Assembly: GCA_001818675.1 (NCBI GenBank)
Contig: MHJF01000011.1
Location: forward strand, 1-44,596
Direction of reading: 5' to 3'
DNA: 44,596 nucleotides
Origin: Candidatus Harrisonbacteria bacterium RIFCSPHIGHO2_02_FULL_40_20
GTDB taxonomy: Bacteria; Patescibacteriota; Minisyncoccia; UBA6257; WO2-44-18
The position numbers were made by a program, and so were the translations under genes. Positions within the stretch are counted from its first letter, which is position 1, and each line of letters opens with the position of its first letter. Positions 17,178 to 27,052 of this stretch are shown piece by piece. The notes under the pieces were generated by a model that was given only the letters and a program-made list of their open reading frames with translations, ran no database searches and was not told the DNA's origin.

Positions 17178-18041
17178 ATGACTTTGAAACAAATAATTGA
17201 AGATGCGGAACAGCGCGGCATTGCGTTGGGGCATTTTAATATCTCGGAATTTGTTGCTTTAAAAGCTATTTTAGAGGGCGCTAGCCAATTAAATGTTCCT
17301 ATTATAATTGGGGTTTCCGAGGGCGAGCGAGAATTTATTGGCATTAAGGAGACAGTAGCCTTAGTGAGGGCTTTCCGTGAAGAGTATTCGGTGCCGATAT
17401 TTTTAAATGCTGATCACACTCATTCTTTAGAGGCGGTAGAGGAAGTTGCTAAAGCTGGCTTTGACGCAGTTCTTTTTGACGCGAGTAAAGAGCCATTAGA
17501 GAAAAACATTAAATTAACTAAAGAAGCGGTATTGCGGGCTAAGATTTTAAATCCGAATATTTTAGTGGAAGGAGAAATTGGATACATTGGCGCTTCTTCC
17601 AAGATTTTACAAGAATTACCCAAAGATATTTCTTTAGAGGAAAAAGATTTGCCGACGGCTGAAGAAGTGGCAGAGTTTGTTCAAAAAACCAAGGTAGATT
17701 TATTAGCGCCGGCAGTAGGTAATATTCATGGCATTTTGGCGAATATTCCCAATCCCCGTTTGAATATAAAAAAGGTTCGGGAAATGAAGCAGGCAGCCAA
17801 AATTCCCTTAGTTTTGCATGGCGGTTCGGGCATTGCTGATGACGATTTTAGAGTTGCTATTAAAGCGGGTATTTCCACTATTCATATTAATACTGAAATT
17901 AGAGTGGCATGGCGTAAGGGAGTAGAAATGGGATTAAAGCGGAATCGCGACGAGGTAGCGCCTTATAAGATTCTTTCGTCGGCCTTGGAGGGCATCAAAG
18001 AGATTGTTTTGAATAGATTAAGAATTTTTAATGGTTTGTAG
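17178..18041 (+). CDS. fba: Class II fructose/tagatose-bisphosphate aldolase
   Basis: LNADH, VEGEIG, AVGNIHG, PLVLHGGSG, IHINTE. Confidence 0.92.
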   Translation: MTLKQIIEDAEQRGIALGHFNISEFVALKAILEGASQLNVPIIIGVSEGEREFIGIKETVALVRAFREEYSVPIFLNADHTHSLEAVEEVAKAGFDAVLFDASKEPLEKNIKLTKEAVLRAKILNPNILVEGEIGYIGASSKILQELPKDISLEEKDLPTAEEVAEFVQKTKVDLLAPAVGNIHGILANIPNPRLNIKKVREMKQAAKIPLVLHGGSGIADDDFRVAIKAGISTIHINTEIRVAWRKGVEMGLKRNRDEVAPYKILSSALEGIKEIVLNRLRIFNGL

Positions 18042-18098
18042 ATTCTTTACTTAATTCGCATTATTTGCTAACATTCGCATTATTAGCGATTACTCTAT

Positions 18099-18806
18099 AT
18101 GGAATTAATTGCGCAAAAAAGAGAAATTTTTGGACGCGCCGTAAAGCCGTTACGCGCCAAGGGTTTTGTACCGGCAGAACTTTACGGCAGGGGGCTGGAG
18201 AATTTGCATTTAGCGGTGTCCAAGAAAGAATTGTCAAAAGTTTTTAAACAAGCCGGTGAAAACGGGATGGTTACTCTTTTGGTGGATCAAGAGAAGCGCC
18301 CGGTATTAATTCATGATTTGCAATTGGATCCCGTTACTGATGAGGCTTTAAGCGTAGATTTTTATCAGGTCCGTTTGGATGAAAAAATCAAAATTAAAGT
18401 TCCTGTGGAATTTATTGGCGTCGCTTCGGCGGTCAAGGACAAGAGCGGAATTTTAGTAAAAGCCGTTCAGGAAGTTGAAGTGGAAGCGTTGCCAGCCGAC
18501 ATTCCTCATTCCATTCCAGTAAATTTGGAATCTTTAATCGATATAGGAAAAAGCATTCGATTAAAAGATTTAGCTATTCAAGGAGATTTTAAGTTTTTAA
18601 TTGAACCAGAAACCGTTTTGGCCACTATTACCGCGCCGGTTACTGAAGAAAAAGAAGCCGAGTTGGCGCAAGCCGTGGATCTTTCTACTGTTAAGGTAGA
18701 AAGCGAAGAGAAGAAAGCGGACAGAGACGCTAAAAAAGCAGAGGAAGGCGTTGCAAAAACTCCAGCTGCCGAAACTCCTGCAAAACCCGCTAAGCCCGCA
18801 AAGTAG
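18099..18806 (+). CDS. rplY: 50S ribosomal protein L25 (Ctc form)
   Basis: LRAKGFVPAELYG, Q.DPV...VDF, VPVEFIG...VK..G, LPADIP. Confidence 0.93.
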   Translation: MELIAQKREIFGRAVKPLRAKGFVPAELYGRGLENLHLAVSKKELSKVFKQAGENGMVTLLVDQEKRPVLIHDLQLDPVTDEALSVDFYQVRLDEKIKIKVPVEFIGVASAVKDKSGILVKAVQEVEVEALPADIPHSIPVNLESLIDIGKSIRLKDLAIQGDFKFLIEPETVLATITAPVTEEKEAELAQAVDLSTVKVESEEKKADRDAKKAEEGVAKTPAAETPAKPAKPAK

Positions 18807-18819
18807 GTATAATATTATT

Positions 18820-20160
18820 ATGCGTCTTTTGGACGTAAGCAAAGTAAAAGGAGCCATCCTATTGGCGGTATTTTTATGTTATTTTATTTTTGGTTTAGCG
18901 CCAATCTTAGCTGTTCAAAATCAAGCAGAAAGAGTGGAATTAGAAAAACAGTTGGCTGATTTAGAAAAACAAATAGCCGATAACGAAACTCTCATTGATG
19001 CCTATAAAAAACAGGGAAAAAATCTTACCCAAGAGATTGGCGTTCTGAATGCCAAAGTTAGTAAGCTTAATTTGCAAATTAAATCTATTACTTTAACTCT
19101 ATCCCGTTTAGACGCGGAGATAACGGATAATAAAAAAGAAATAAAAACTACCGAAGAGAATATCGAACTTAATAGGCAAGCGCTAGCTTCTTCTTTAAGA
19201 AGCGTTTATGAAAATGACCACGTTACTTTAATAGCGGTATTACTGCAAAGCCGCCAAATTTCTGATTTTTTTGGAGGATTCAATAATTTAATGGCGGTGC
19301 AAGATAATTTGCTGGTCGCGGTTAATAAGATTACTAATTTACGCGATAAATTATTGGAAGAGACTGAAGCGTTAGCGCTTAAAAGAAAAGACCAGATAGC
19401 TTTGAAAGCATATCAGGATAGCCAGAAGACTACCCTTTTAAGCACTAAGGGCGAGAAGGATGCCTTGCTCAATATTACTAAGGGGCAAGAATCGCGTTAT
19501 CAAGAATTATTAAAATCTAATAAGAAAACTGCTTCGCAAATTCGTAGCCGGTTATTTGAATTATTGGGTGGCGGCAGCCTTTCGTTTGAACAAGCGTATG
19601 AATTTGCTAAATTCGCCGAGCAGGCTACTGGCGTGAGGGCGGCTTTGATCTTGTCAGTTTTGGAAAGAGAATCTTTATTGGGCCAAAATGTCGGGCGATG
19701 CAATTACAAGACTGCGATGTCGCCTGGAGTGCCGCCGAAACCGGGGAAGCGTGATGACATTTCTTTATTTTTGGCTTTAACCGCTCAACTGGGAATTAAT
19801 CCGGAAACGATCACGGTTTCTTGCGCAAATAGTGATGGCGCTTATGGTGGCGCTATGGGCCCGGCGCAATTTATTCCATCAACCTGGAATTTATATAAGA
19901 ATCGGGTTTCAGAAATTACCGGCAACAATCCGGCTTCGCCGTGGAATAACGGGGACGCTTTTATGGCAACGGGTTTGTATTTAAAGGACGCCTCTAAAGG
20001 ATGCGATGCTATTTATAGCCGGCAAACAGATATTGAGCGTTGCGCGGCGGCGAAATATTATGCGGGCGGCCGTTGGCGAAATCATCTTTGGGGATATGGA
20101 GACCGAGTGGCTACGAGAGCGAATCAGTTGCAGGCTGATATAGATATACTTAATAGCTAG
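18820..20160 (+). CDS. Secreted coiled-coil protein with a C-terminal lytic transglycosylase (MltB/SLT-like) domain
   Basis: Signal peptide, PcsB-like coiled coil, 'ERES..G' catalytic Glu, GAMGPAQFIPSTW. Confidence 0.85.
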   Translation: MRLLDVSKVKGAILLAVFLCYFIFGLAPILAVQNQAERVELEKQLADLEKQIADNETLIDAYKKQGKNLTQEIGVLNAKVSKLNLQIKSITLTLSRLDAEITDNKKEIKTTEENIELNRQALASSLRSVYENDHVTLIAVLLQSRQISDFFGGFNNLMAVQDNLLVAVNKITNLRDKLLEETEALALKRKDQIALKAYQDSQKTTLLSTKGEKDALLNITKGQESRYQELLKSNKKTASQIRSRLFELLGGGSLSFEQAYEFAKFAEQATGVRAALILSVLERESLLGQNVGRCNYKTAMSPGVPPKPGKRDDISLFLALTAQLGINPETITVSCANSDGAYGGAMGPAQFIPSTWNLYKNRVSEITGNNPASPWNNGDAFMATGLYLKDASKGCDAIYSRQTDIERCAAAKYYAGGRWRNHLWGYGDRVATRANQLQADIDILNS

Positions 20161-20226
20161 ATTTTTCTAGATAATTTTTGTATTATAATAAGCGGTTCAT
20201 TTATTTTTAAAAAAGGGAGGCGGAAG

Positions 20227-20475
20227 ATGGCAAAGATTATTGAAGAGGGTTATCACGGCAAAGAGCCGCTAGTTTATTGGTGGATTGGACGGCGCTGTTC
20301 TTGCGAATGTCGTTGTATTTTTGAACTAGAAAAAAAGGATGAATTGGTTAAAATTCCTAGAAATAATGTTAAGGTTGGCCTTTTTATTTTTGAAGCAAAA
20401 TGTCCTAAGTGTGGTCGGTCTGTTGAGGTTTGGTTTGATTTTGACGACTCGAAAAACTTGAAAGGAATGAGCTAA
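20227..20475 (+). CDS. Small Cys-rich (zinc-ribbon-like) orphan protein
   Basis: CSCECRC...CPKCG; GGGAGG 6 nt before the ATG. Confidence 0.65.
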   Translation: MAKIIEEGYHGKEPLVYWWIGRRCSCECRCIFELEKKDELVKIPRNNVKVGLFIFEAKCPKCGRSVEVWFDFDDSKNLKGMS

Positions 20476-20987
20476 TGATAATTCCCTGGAGCATTTTGGA
20501 GAAAGTTGAAAAGATTTTACAAAGAGATGCGGCAGAAGATGAAAGAGAGCGTAAAGCAAAATTGACGGAAAAGCGAAGATGGGAAGAGGTTGATCAATTG
20601 CGAAAGAGAAAGAATAAAGAACTATTAGTTTATGCGCAGAAAGCGGTTACTTGGCTGAAAGATTTTTACGATAGCAGGGAAGGAAAAAAAATTCTGAAAT
20701 TAAACTATGAGGTGAATTTTTTCAATGCTTCGTTTTGGGGCGGTTTTCCGGCTCCCGGTAGTGAAATGACGACGTTTGCAACTATTTATATGTCTGAAAG
20801 CGGCCGGGTTTATTATGGAGAGCGCTATAAAGGTTTTCCTAAGAAGTCGTTATTGTTGGGTTCTTTGAAAACGAAAATGAATCCGAATGCCTTGGTAAAG
20901 AGATTGCATCCTGAATACCTTAAGCTTTTTGTTCAATCGTTAGAGAATGGAAAGGTTTGGCAATATCTTGAATGGTCTTTGAGGTGA
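20475..20987 (+). CDS. Hypothetical protein (170 aa)
   Basis: TAATG stop/start overlap with the previous ORF; terminator follows. Confidence 0.7.
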   Translation: MIIPWSILEKVEKILQRDAAEDERERKAKLTEKRRWEEVDQLRKRKNKELLVYAQKAVTWLKDFYDSREGKKILKLNYEVNFFNASFWGGFPAPGSEMTTFATIYMSESGRVYYGERYKGFPKKSLLLGSLKTKMNPNALVKRLHPEYLKLFVQSLENGKVWQYLEWSLR

Positions 20988-21007
20988 TCGTGAATCTCCC
21001 CTCAATT

Positions 21008-21033
21008 AAAATTCCGACTAGTGTCGGAATTTT
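21008..21033. terminator. Intrinsic terminator hairpin
   Basis: aaaattccgac-tagt-gtcggaatttt; similar to 34531-34553. Confidence 0.7.
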
Positions 21034-21088
21034 TTAATATAAGCATAATATTATGGGCGTGAATCTATAGATATTGTTAAATTCTAGC

Positions 21089-21106
21089 GCTATCCTATAG
21101 GATAGC
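21089..21106. repeat. Second copy of the palindrome GCTATCCTATAGGATAGC
   Basis: Identical to the core of 11911-11944. Confidence 0.8.
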
Positions 21107-21159
21107 ACCGCATAAGTGAATCTTGAGATATAAAAATACCACGGGCACCCGTGATATTT

Positions 21160-21909
21160 TTACTTATTAATTTTCTTTAAAAGAATATCCAGATCGCCGT
21201 CTAAGATTTTTTCTATGCCGTGAACTTTAACGTTAAATCGGTGGTCGGTAATGCGGTCATCCGGAAAGTTATAGGTACGGATTTTTTCCGAGCGATCGCC
21301 GGAACCAATTTGCTGCCGGCGTTCGGCAGTAAGCTGTCCCAGCTGTTCAGCGCGCTGGAGCTCGTATATTTTGGCGCGGAGAATAGACATCGCCGCTTCT
21401 TTATTGGCGCTTTGTGAGCGTTCGGCTCGGGAAAATACCGAGATGCCAGTGGGTTTATGGACAATTCGTACCGCGGTTTCCACTTTGTTGACGTTTTGAC
21501 CGCCCGGGCCGCCGCCGCGTTGGAAAGTGATTTCTAAATCGCCTTGGTTGATTTGGAGTTCTTTATCTTCAACTTCTGGCAGTATTGCGACAGTGGCAGT
21601 GGAGGTGTGCACTCTGCCGGCTTTTTCGGTTTTTGGCACTCTTTGAATTCGGTGAACGCCAGATTCGTTTTTCAAGGCATCATAGACATTTTGTCCTGAT
21701 CCGCCAGCTGACGGAGAAGAATTACCCATAATTTTCCCAATAAAAGTTTTATATCCGCCGATAGTGCCTTGACTAGAATCAACAGTAGAAAAACCCCAGC
21801 CTTTATTGGCGGAATATCGTTGGTACATCCTTACTAGATCGCCGGCAAAAATAGCGGCTTCATCGCCACCAGTACCAGCGCGAATCTCAATAATAATTTT
21901 ATTAGTCAT
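21160..21909 (-). CDS. prfA: Peptide chain release factor 1, lacking N-terminal domain 1
   Basis: [25 protein letters not shown] (PxT RF1 motif), [19 protein letters not shown]; downstream of rpmE. Confidence 0.9.
   Translation of the reverse strand: MTNKIIIEIRAGTGGDEAAIFAGDLVRMYQRYSANKGWGFSTVDSSQGTIGGYKTFIGKIMGNSSPSAGGSGQNVYDALKNESGVHRIQRVPKTEKAGRVHTSTATVAILPEVEDKELQINQGDLEITFQRGGGPGGQNVNKVETAVRIVHKPTGISVFSRAERSQSANKEAAMSILRAKIYELQRAEQLGQLTAERRQQIGSGDRSEKIRTYNFPDDRITDHRFNVKVHGIEKILDGDLDILLKKINK
21700..21715. repeat. Palindrome TCCGTCAGCTGGCGGA (minus strand) in frame in RF1 (SSPSAGGSG)
   Basis: Same family as 7997-8012. Confidence 0.7.
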
Positions 21910-21913
21910 AATA

Positions 21914-21995
21914 TTTAGCGACTAGTCATTAGCCATTAGTGATTAGTATAACTCTCTATGAAAATAAATAACTAGTGGCTAACCACTAGTTATTT
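21914..21995. repeat. TAGCGAC/TAGTGGC heptamer tract and hairpin between rpmE and prfA
   Basis: tagcgac tagtcat tagccat tagtgat tag ... taactagtgg ctaa ccactagtta. Confidence 0.7.
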
Positions 21996-21999
21996 ACGA

Positions 22000-22254
22000 T
22001 TACTTTTTATTTTTCTTCACTCGGACTTTGGCAGTTTTTTTTGGAACTTCCGAGGCTTTAGCGCGGCGGGCTTTGAAGCGCTCAACTTTTCCGGCCGTAT
22101 CAATCATCTTTTCTTTGCCAGTGTAAAAAGGATGGCAGTTATGGCAAATTTCCACCTGGATTTCCGGCTTAGTGGCGCCGACAACAAATTTATTGCCGCA
22201 AGCGCAGTGGGCTTCCGCTTTATCGTAGTATTTTGGATGGATATCTTTTTTCAT
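22000..22254 (-). CDS. rpmE: 50S ribosomal protein L31
   Basis: [32 protein letters not shown]. Confidence 0.95.
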   Translation of the reverse strand: MKKDIHPKYYDKAEAHCACGNKFVVGATKPEIQVEICHNCHPFYTGKEKMIDTAGKVERFKARRAKASEVPKKTAKVRVKKNKK

Positions 22255-22394
22255 AATTTTCAATCATAGCATTAAAAGTTTCTAAAAGGCAAATTTAAGA
22301 CTTGATATTGGCTCTTGACTTATTTTCAGCATTCTTTTTATAATATTATTTGGTAGATTAGTTTGAAAATTCTATAACCCCAAAGGAGGGCTAT

Positions 22395-22970
22395 ATGAAG
22401 AAGATGTCGATGGCTGCGGTTGGACTATTAGCTGGCGTGATGATGACGGGTTGTAGCGTGTTAGATACGAAGTCTGTTAAGCCGGGTCTTTTTGGTGATG
22501 ATGCGGTAAAGATGATGGCGGCATTTGACACCCTAGAGGCGGGCAAGACCACCAATGAGCAGTGGATGACCACTGGGTTTGATCTTTCTAAAGCGAAGAA
22601 TTTTACTGTTTCTCCGGGACCGATGGCGTTGAGGAAAATCCTTGGTGAAGAGGTTTTCCAGTCTACTTATGGATGGTATTCGGCTAAGGGTAAGGTTGAT
22701 GAGCTTTTGGCTGACCTTGCTCCCTATAGCATGGTTGAGATTCCCTTTAAGGTTACAACTAAAAAGGAGAGCCGTTTCTATATTTCTACCAAGTATGAGT
22801 TTACCGAGGGTGATGGAACTGTTTTAACTTTTGTGTTTAAAAATGGCGTTCTGGTTTATAAAGCTCCGTCTCCGCAGAAGTTTAGCGAAGATCATAGTAA
22901 TAGCGCGTTTGCGCAGGGACTTTTTCCTTGGTTGAAGATTGTCAAGGACGTTAAAGGCGTAGTTGAGTGA
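22395..22970 (+). CDS. Putative lipoprotein of unknown function
   Basis: Lipobox MTGC; AGGAGG SD; TTGACT-18-TATAAT promoter; paralog of 23117..23782. Confidence 0.75.
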   Translation: MKKMSMAAVGLLAGVMMTGCSVLDTKSVKPGLFGDDAVKMMAAFDTLEAGKTTNEQWMTTGFDLSKAKNFTVSPGPMALRKILGEEVFQSTYGWYSAKGKVDELLADLAPYSMVEIPFKVTTKKESRFYISTKYEFTEGDGTVLTFVFKNGVLVYKAPSPQKFSEDHSNSAFAQGLFPWLKIVKDVKGVVE

Positions 22971-22977
22971 AGTTTTT

Positions 22978-23018
22978 AACCCCCTTCTTTTCACACGAAA
23001 GTGTAAAAGAAGGGGGTT
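22978..23018 (+). terminator. 41-bp terminator-like hairpin, repeated at 33623-33663
   Basis: aacccccttcttttcacac-gaaa-gtgtaaaagaagggggtt. Confidence 0.8.
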
Positions 23019-23116
23019 TTATATTATTAATCGTGTTATTGACGCCTGAGATTTTTTCGCTTATTGTTATTTCTAGATAATTAGTTCTTTTATTTCTGTG
23101 AAAAAGGAGGTAGAGG

Positions 23117-23782
23117 ATGAAAGTTATAAGCAGATTGGTTGGGTTATCGCTGTTTTTATTGATACCGATTGGTTGCGTGTCTCGAGATTTTAAAAGCGTG
23201 AAAACGGGAATTTTAAATGACGACCCTAACGCATTATTGGCGGTTGGTTCCAAGATTGAATTAGGCGTGACAAGCAGGGCAGATTTGGAAGCGCAGGGTT
23301 TTAATTTTTCGGCGCCTAACGTTCAGTTTATCAAAGGCAAGGACGCGTTCCGATATTTATTGTCAAAGAAATTTTTTAAAACAGTTCGATTTTTAGGCGG
23401 AGTGTTAGTGGAAAAACCGATTGATGGCGTTTTGGAATCTTTGGAAAATTATCAGCTTTATTTGATTCTCAATAAAGAGGTTTTAAAAGTAAAAGATAAA
23501 ATTTATCTTTCTACCAAAAATGAATGGCTGGAAATGAATGAGCTCCTTTTTATTCTTATGTTTAAAGACGACAAGGTTGTTTATTATGGCTGGGGACAGA
23601 GCCGTGTGAATCGGTTGGCAACTCAGTATAGCTTTCTTGGTGGAATTTTGAGGTTCAGTTTGGCGGATCCCGATGAGACGTTTGATGAGTTAACGGACCC
23701 CAATCGTAAAGATGAGGATGGTCTGGGGCTAGGTTCGCTTTTCAAGAAGTCAGACGAAAAAGATGAAAAAGATAAGGATTAA
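23117..23782 (+). CDS. Putative lipoprotein, paralog of the upstream gene
   Basis: Lipobox-like PIGC; AGGAGGT SD; shared motifs KSVKxG, YxSTKxE, FKxxxxVY. Confidence 0.75.
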   Translation: MKVISRLVGLSLFLLIPIGCVSRDFKSVKTGILNDDPNALLAVGSKIELGVTSRADLEAQGFNFSAPNVQFIKGKDAFRYLLSKKFFKTVRFLGGVLVEKPIDGVLESLENYQLYLILNKEVLKVKDKIYLSTKNEWLEMNELLFILMFKDDKVVYYGWGQSRVNRLATQYSFLGGILRFSLADPDETFDELTDPNRKDEDGLGLGSLFKKSDEKDEKDKD

Positions 23783-23788
23783 AATTAC

Positions 23789-23822
23789 CCCCCTTGACCA
23801 ATCGGTCAAGGGGGCTTATAAT
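23789..23822 (+). promoter_or_regulatory. Likely 16S rRNA promoter (TTGACC-17-TATAAT) overlapping a hairpin
   Basis: -35 at 23794-23799 lies inside cccccttgacc-aatc-ggtcaaggggg; TATAAT at 23817-23822. Confidence 0.7.
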
Positions 23823-24052
23823 AAATTTCACAATGGAATAGAATCGGTAAGTTTAAAAATTTATTTCTGTAATTTATCCGGCCGGTTGTTTGTCGCTAGA
23901 AGCGATGAATAACGGGCCGGATATGTTATTGATAGGAATTAGTTGTATGGATTGCACGTTGATAATTAAATATAAAAACTTATTTTTGAAAATAAGTTTT
24001 ACGCAACAAGTAATAAGTAAGGTTCCCACACATAAATTATGTATGGGATAAA

Positions 24053-24077
24053 TTAGAAAATTTTGTAGTTGTCCCAA
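24053..24077 (+). other. 5' arm of the 16S precursor processing stem
   Basis: ttagaaaattttgtagttgtcccaa pairs with 25861-25885 (25 bp, two G-U pairs). Confidence 0.8.
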
Positions 24078-24094
24078 TTTATTTTTTAGTAATT

Positions 24095-24153
24095 GGCGAC
24101 TAGTGACTAGCGACTAGAATTTCTAGTGGCTAAACCCTAGTGGCTAGTGGCTA
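24095..24153. repeat. Heptamer tract hairpin immediately 5' of the 16S rRNA
   Basis: ggcgac tagtgac tagcgac tag...c tagtggc taaaccc tagtggc tagtggc. Confidence 0.75.
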
Positions 24154-24157
24154 AATT

Positions 24158-25763
<1,606 letters not shown>

Positions 25764-25860
25764 TTAATATCGATAATTTATAAATTTATTTTATGAATTT
25801 GGAAAAAGGTTTTGGCCGAGGAGCCTTAAGTCTCGGTTCGGTTGCCTAAAGCAACTGTAG

Positions 25861-25885
25861 TTGGGGCAACTACAAAGTTTTCTAA
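25861..25885 (+). other. 3' arm of the 16S precursor processing stem
   Basis: ttggggcaactacaaagttttctaa, complementary to 24053-24077. Confidence 0.8.
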
Positions 25886-25898
25886 GAGTAATCGCTAA

Positions 25899-25914
25899 CC
25901 TGCCGGCAGGCAGG
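25899..25914. repeat. CCTGCCGGCAGGCAGG palindrome inserted in a GAGTAATCGCT-AATAATGCGAAT unit
   Basis: Shorter copy of 17140-17159 in the same context. Confidence 0.75.
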
Positions 25915-25956
25915 AATAATGCGAATTGGTGTTTATTTTGTTACAATTTAATTGTA

Positions 25957-26343
25957 ATGGCTGGGCAAGCAAAAACCGTTTTAATTGTCGAAGACGATGT
26001 TTTTTTGATGGCGCTTTTAAAAAATCGCATGGAAAGCGAAGGCTTTTCGATTTTAGCGGCTAAAGATGGTGAAGAGGCTATTAAGGTCCTCAAGGACATC
26101 AAACCGGACATAATCCTTTTAGATATTATTTTGCCTGGTAAATCGGGATTTGAAGTTTTAGAAGAAATGCAATCTGATCCGCAAATTCAGAATTCACCCG
26201 TAATGATTATTTCTAATTTGGGCCAGGATATGGATATTGATCGTGGGAGAGATCTTGGAGCTTTAGAATATTTTGTGAAAGCTCGGAGTTCAATGGACGA
26301 TGTTATAGTGAAAGTTAGTAATTTCTTAAAAAATAAAAAATAG
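25957..26343 (+). CDS. Stand-alone response regulator receiver protein
   Basis: VLIVEDD, PDIILLDIILPGKSGFEVL, ISN, YFVK. Confidence 0.9.
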   Translation: MAGQAKTVLIVEDDVFLMALLKNRMESEGFSILAAKDGEEAIKVLKDIKPDIILLDIILPGKSGFEVLEEMQSDPQIQNSPVMIISNLGQDMDIDRGRDLGALEYFVKARSSMDDVIVKVSNFLKNKK

Positions 26344-26393
26344 TTATCCCCAGCCACCTTTTTATTTCTTATAAGGCTGTTATAATACTTTAT

Positions 26394-26975
26394 ATGAACA
26401 ATCAATATCAAAAAAAGGGATTTACCCTTGTTGAGTTATTAATAGTTATTGGCATTTTGGCTGTTTTAGCAACGGCAACAGTTTTGGTTTTAAATCCAGC
26501 CGAGCTTTTTCGCCAAGCACGCGATACTAAGAGAATTAACGATCTTGAAGCATTAAGGAGCGCAGTAAGTTTATATCTTTCCACTGTTTCTAGCCCGGAT
26601 ATGGATGCAGCCGGCAGCTGCGCCGCTAATTATTGGGGTAGCGTTGCCGGAGCCGCGGAAAACTTTACTGGCTCTCCTGCTCAACATGCTAATGTTGCTA
26701 CTGCGATTGATGGCACTGGCTGGTTACCTATTGATTTTACTCAAATTCCGGGCGGATCTCCGCTTAGTTCGTTGCCAACTGACCCATTAAATCCTGATAC
26801 TGCTACTCAAGCTTATACTTATCGTTGTGATAACACTGCTAAGACTTTTGAACTCAATGCGAATATGGAAAGCACCAGATATGCCCAAGGCGGCAGTGAT
26901 GATGTAGAATCAACAGACGGTGGAGATCAAGTTGGCATTTATGAAGGTGGCAATGATCCAGGACTGAATCTCTAA
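26394..26975 (+). CDS. Type IV pilin (probable major pilin)
   Basis: KKG|FTLVELLIVIGILAVL class III signal, QARDTKRINDL, LPTDP; followed by a terminator. Confidence 0.9.
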   Translation: MNNQYQKKGFTLVELLIVIGILAVLATATVLVLNPAELFRQARDTKRINDLEALRSAVSLYLSTVSSPDMDAAGSCAANYWGSVAGAAENFTGSPAQHANVATAIDGTGWLPIDFTQIPGGSPLSSLPTDPLNPDTATQAYTYRCDNTAKTFELNANMESTRYAQGGSDDVESTDGGDQVGIYEGGNDPGLNL

Positions 26976-27006
26976 GCCGTGAATTGAGAATAAAGAATTA
27001 TGAATT

Positions 27007-27031
27007 AAGGAGCGAGGAACGCTCCTTTTTT
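27007..27031 (+). terminator. Intrinsic terminator after the pilin gene
   Basis: aaggagcg-aggaa-cgctcctt followed by a T run. Confidence 0.75.
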
Positions 27032-27052
27032 CTTTCGTTGTATAATTAAGTT

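Noticed and set aside
25764-25860. Possible tRNA or 5S gene after the 16S
   Set aside because: Only short hairpins; no cloverleaf, T-loop or 5S motifs.
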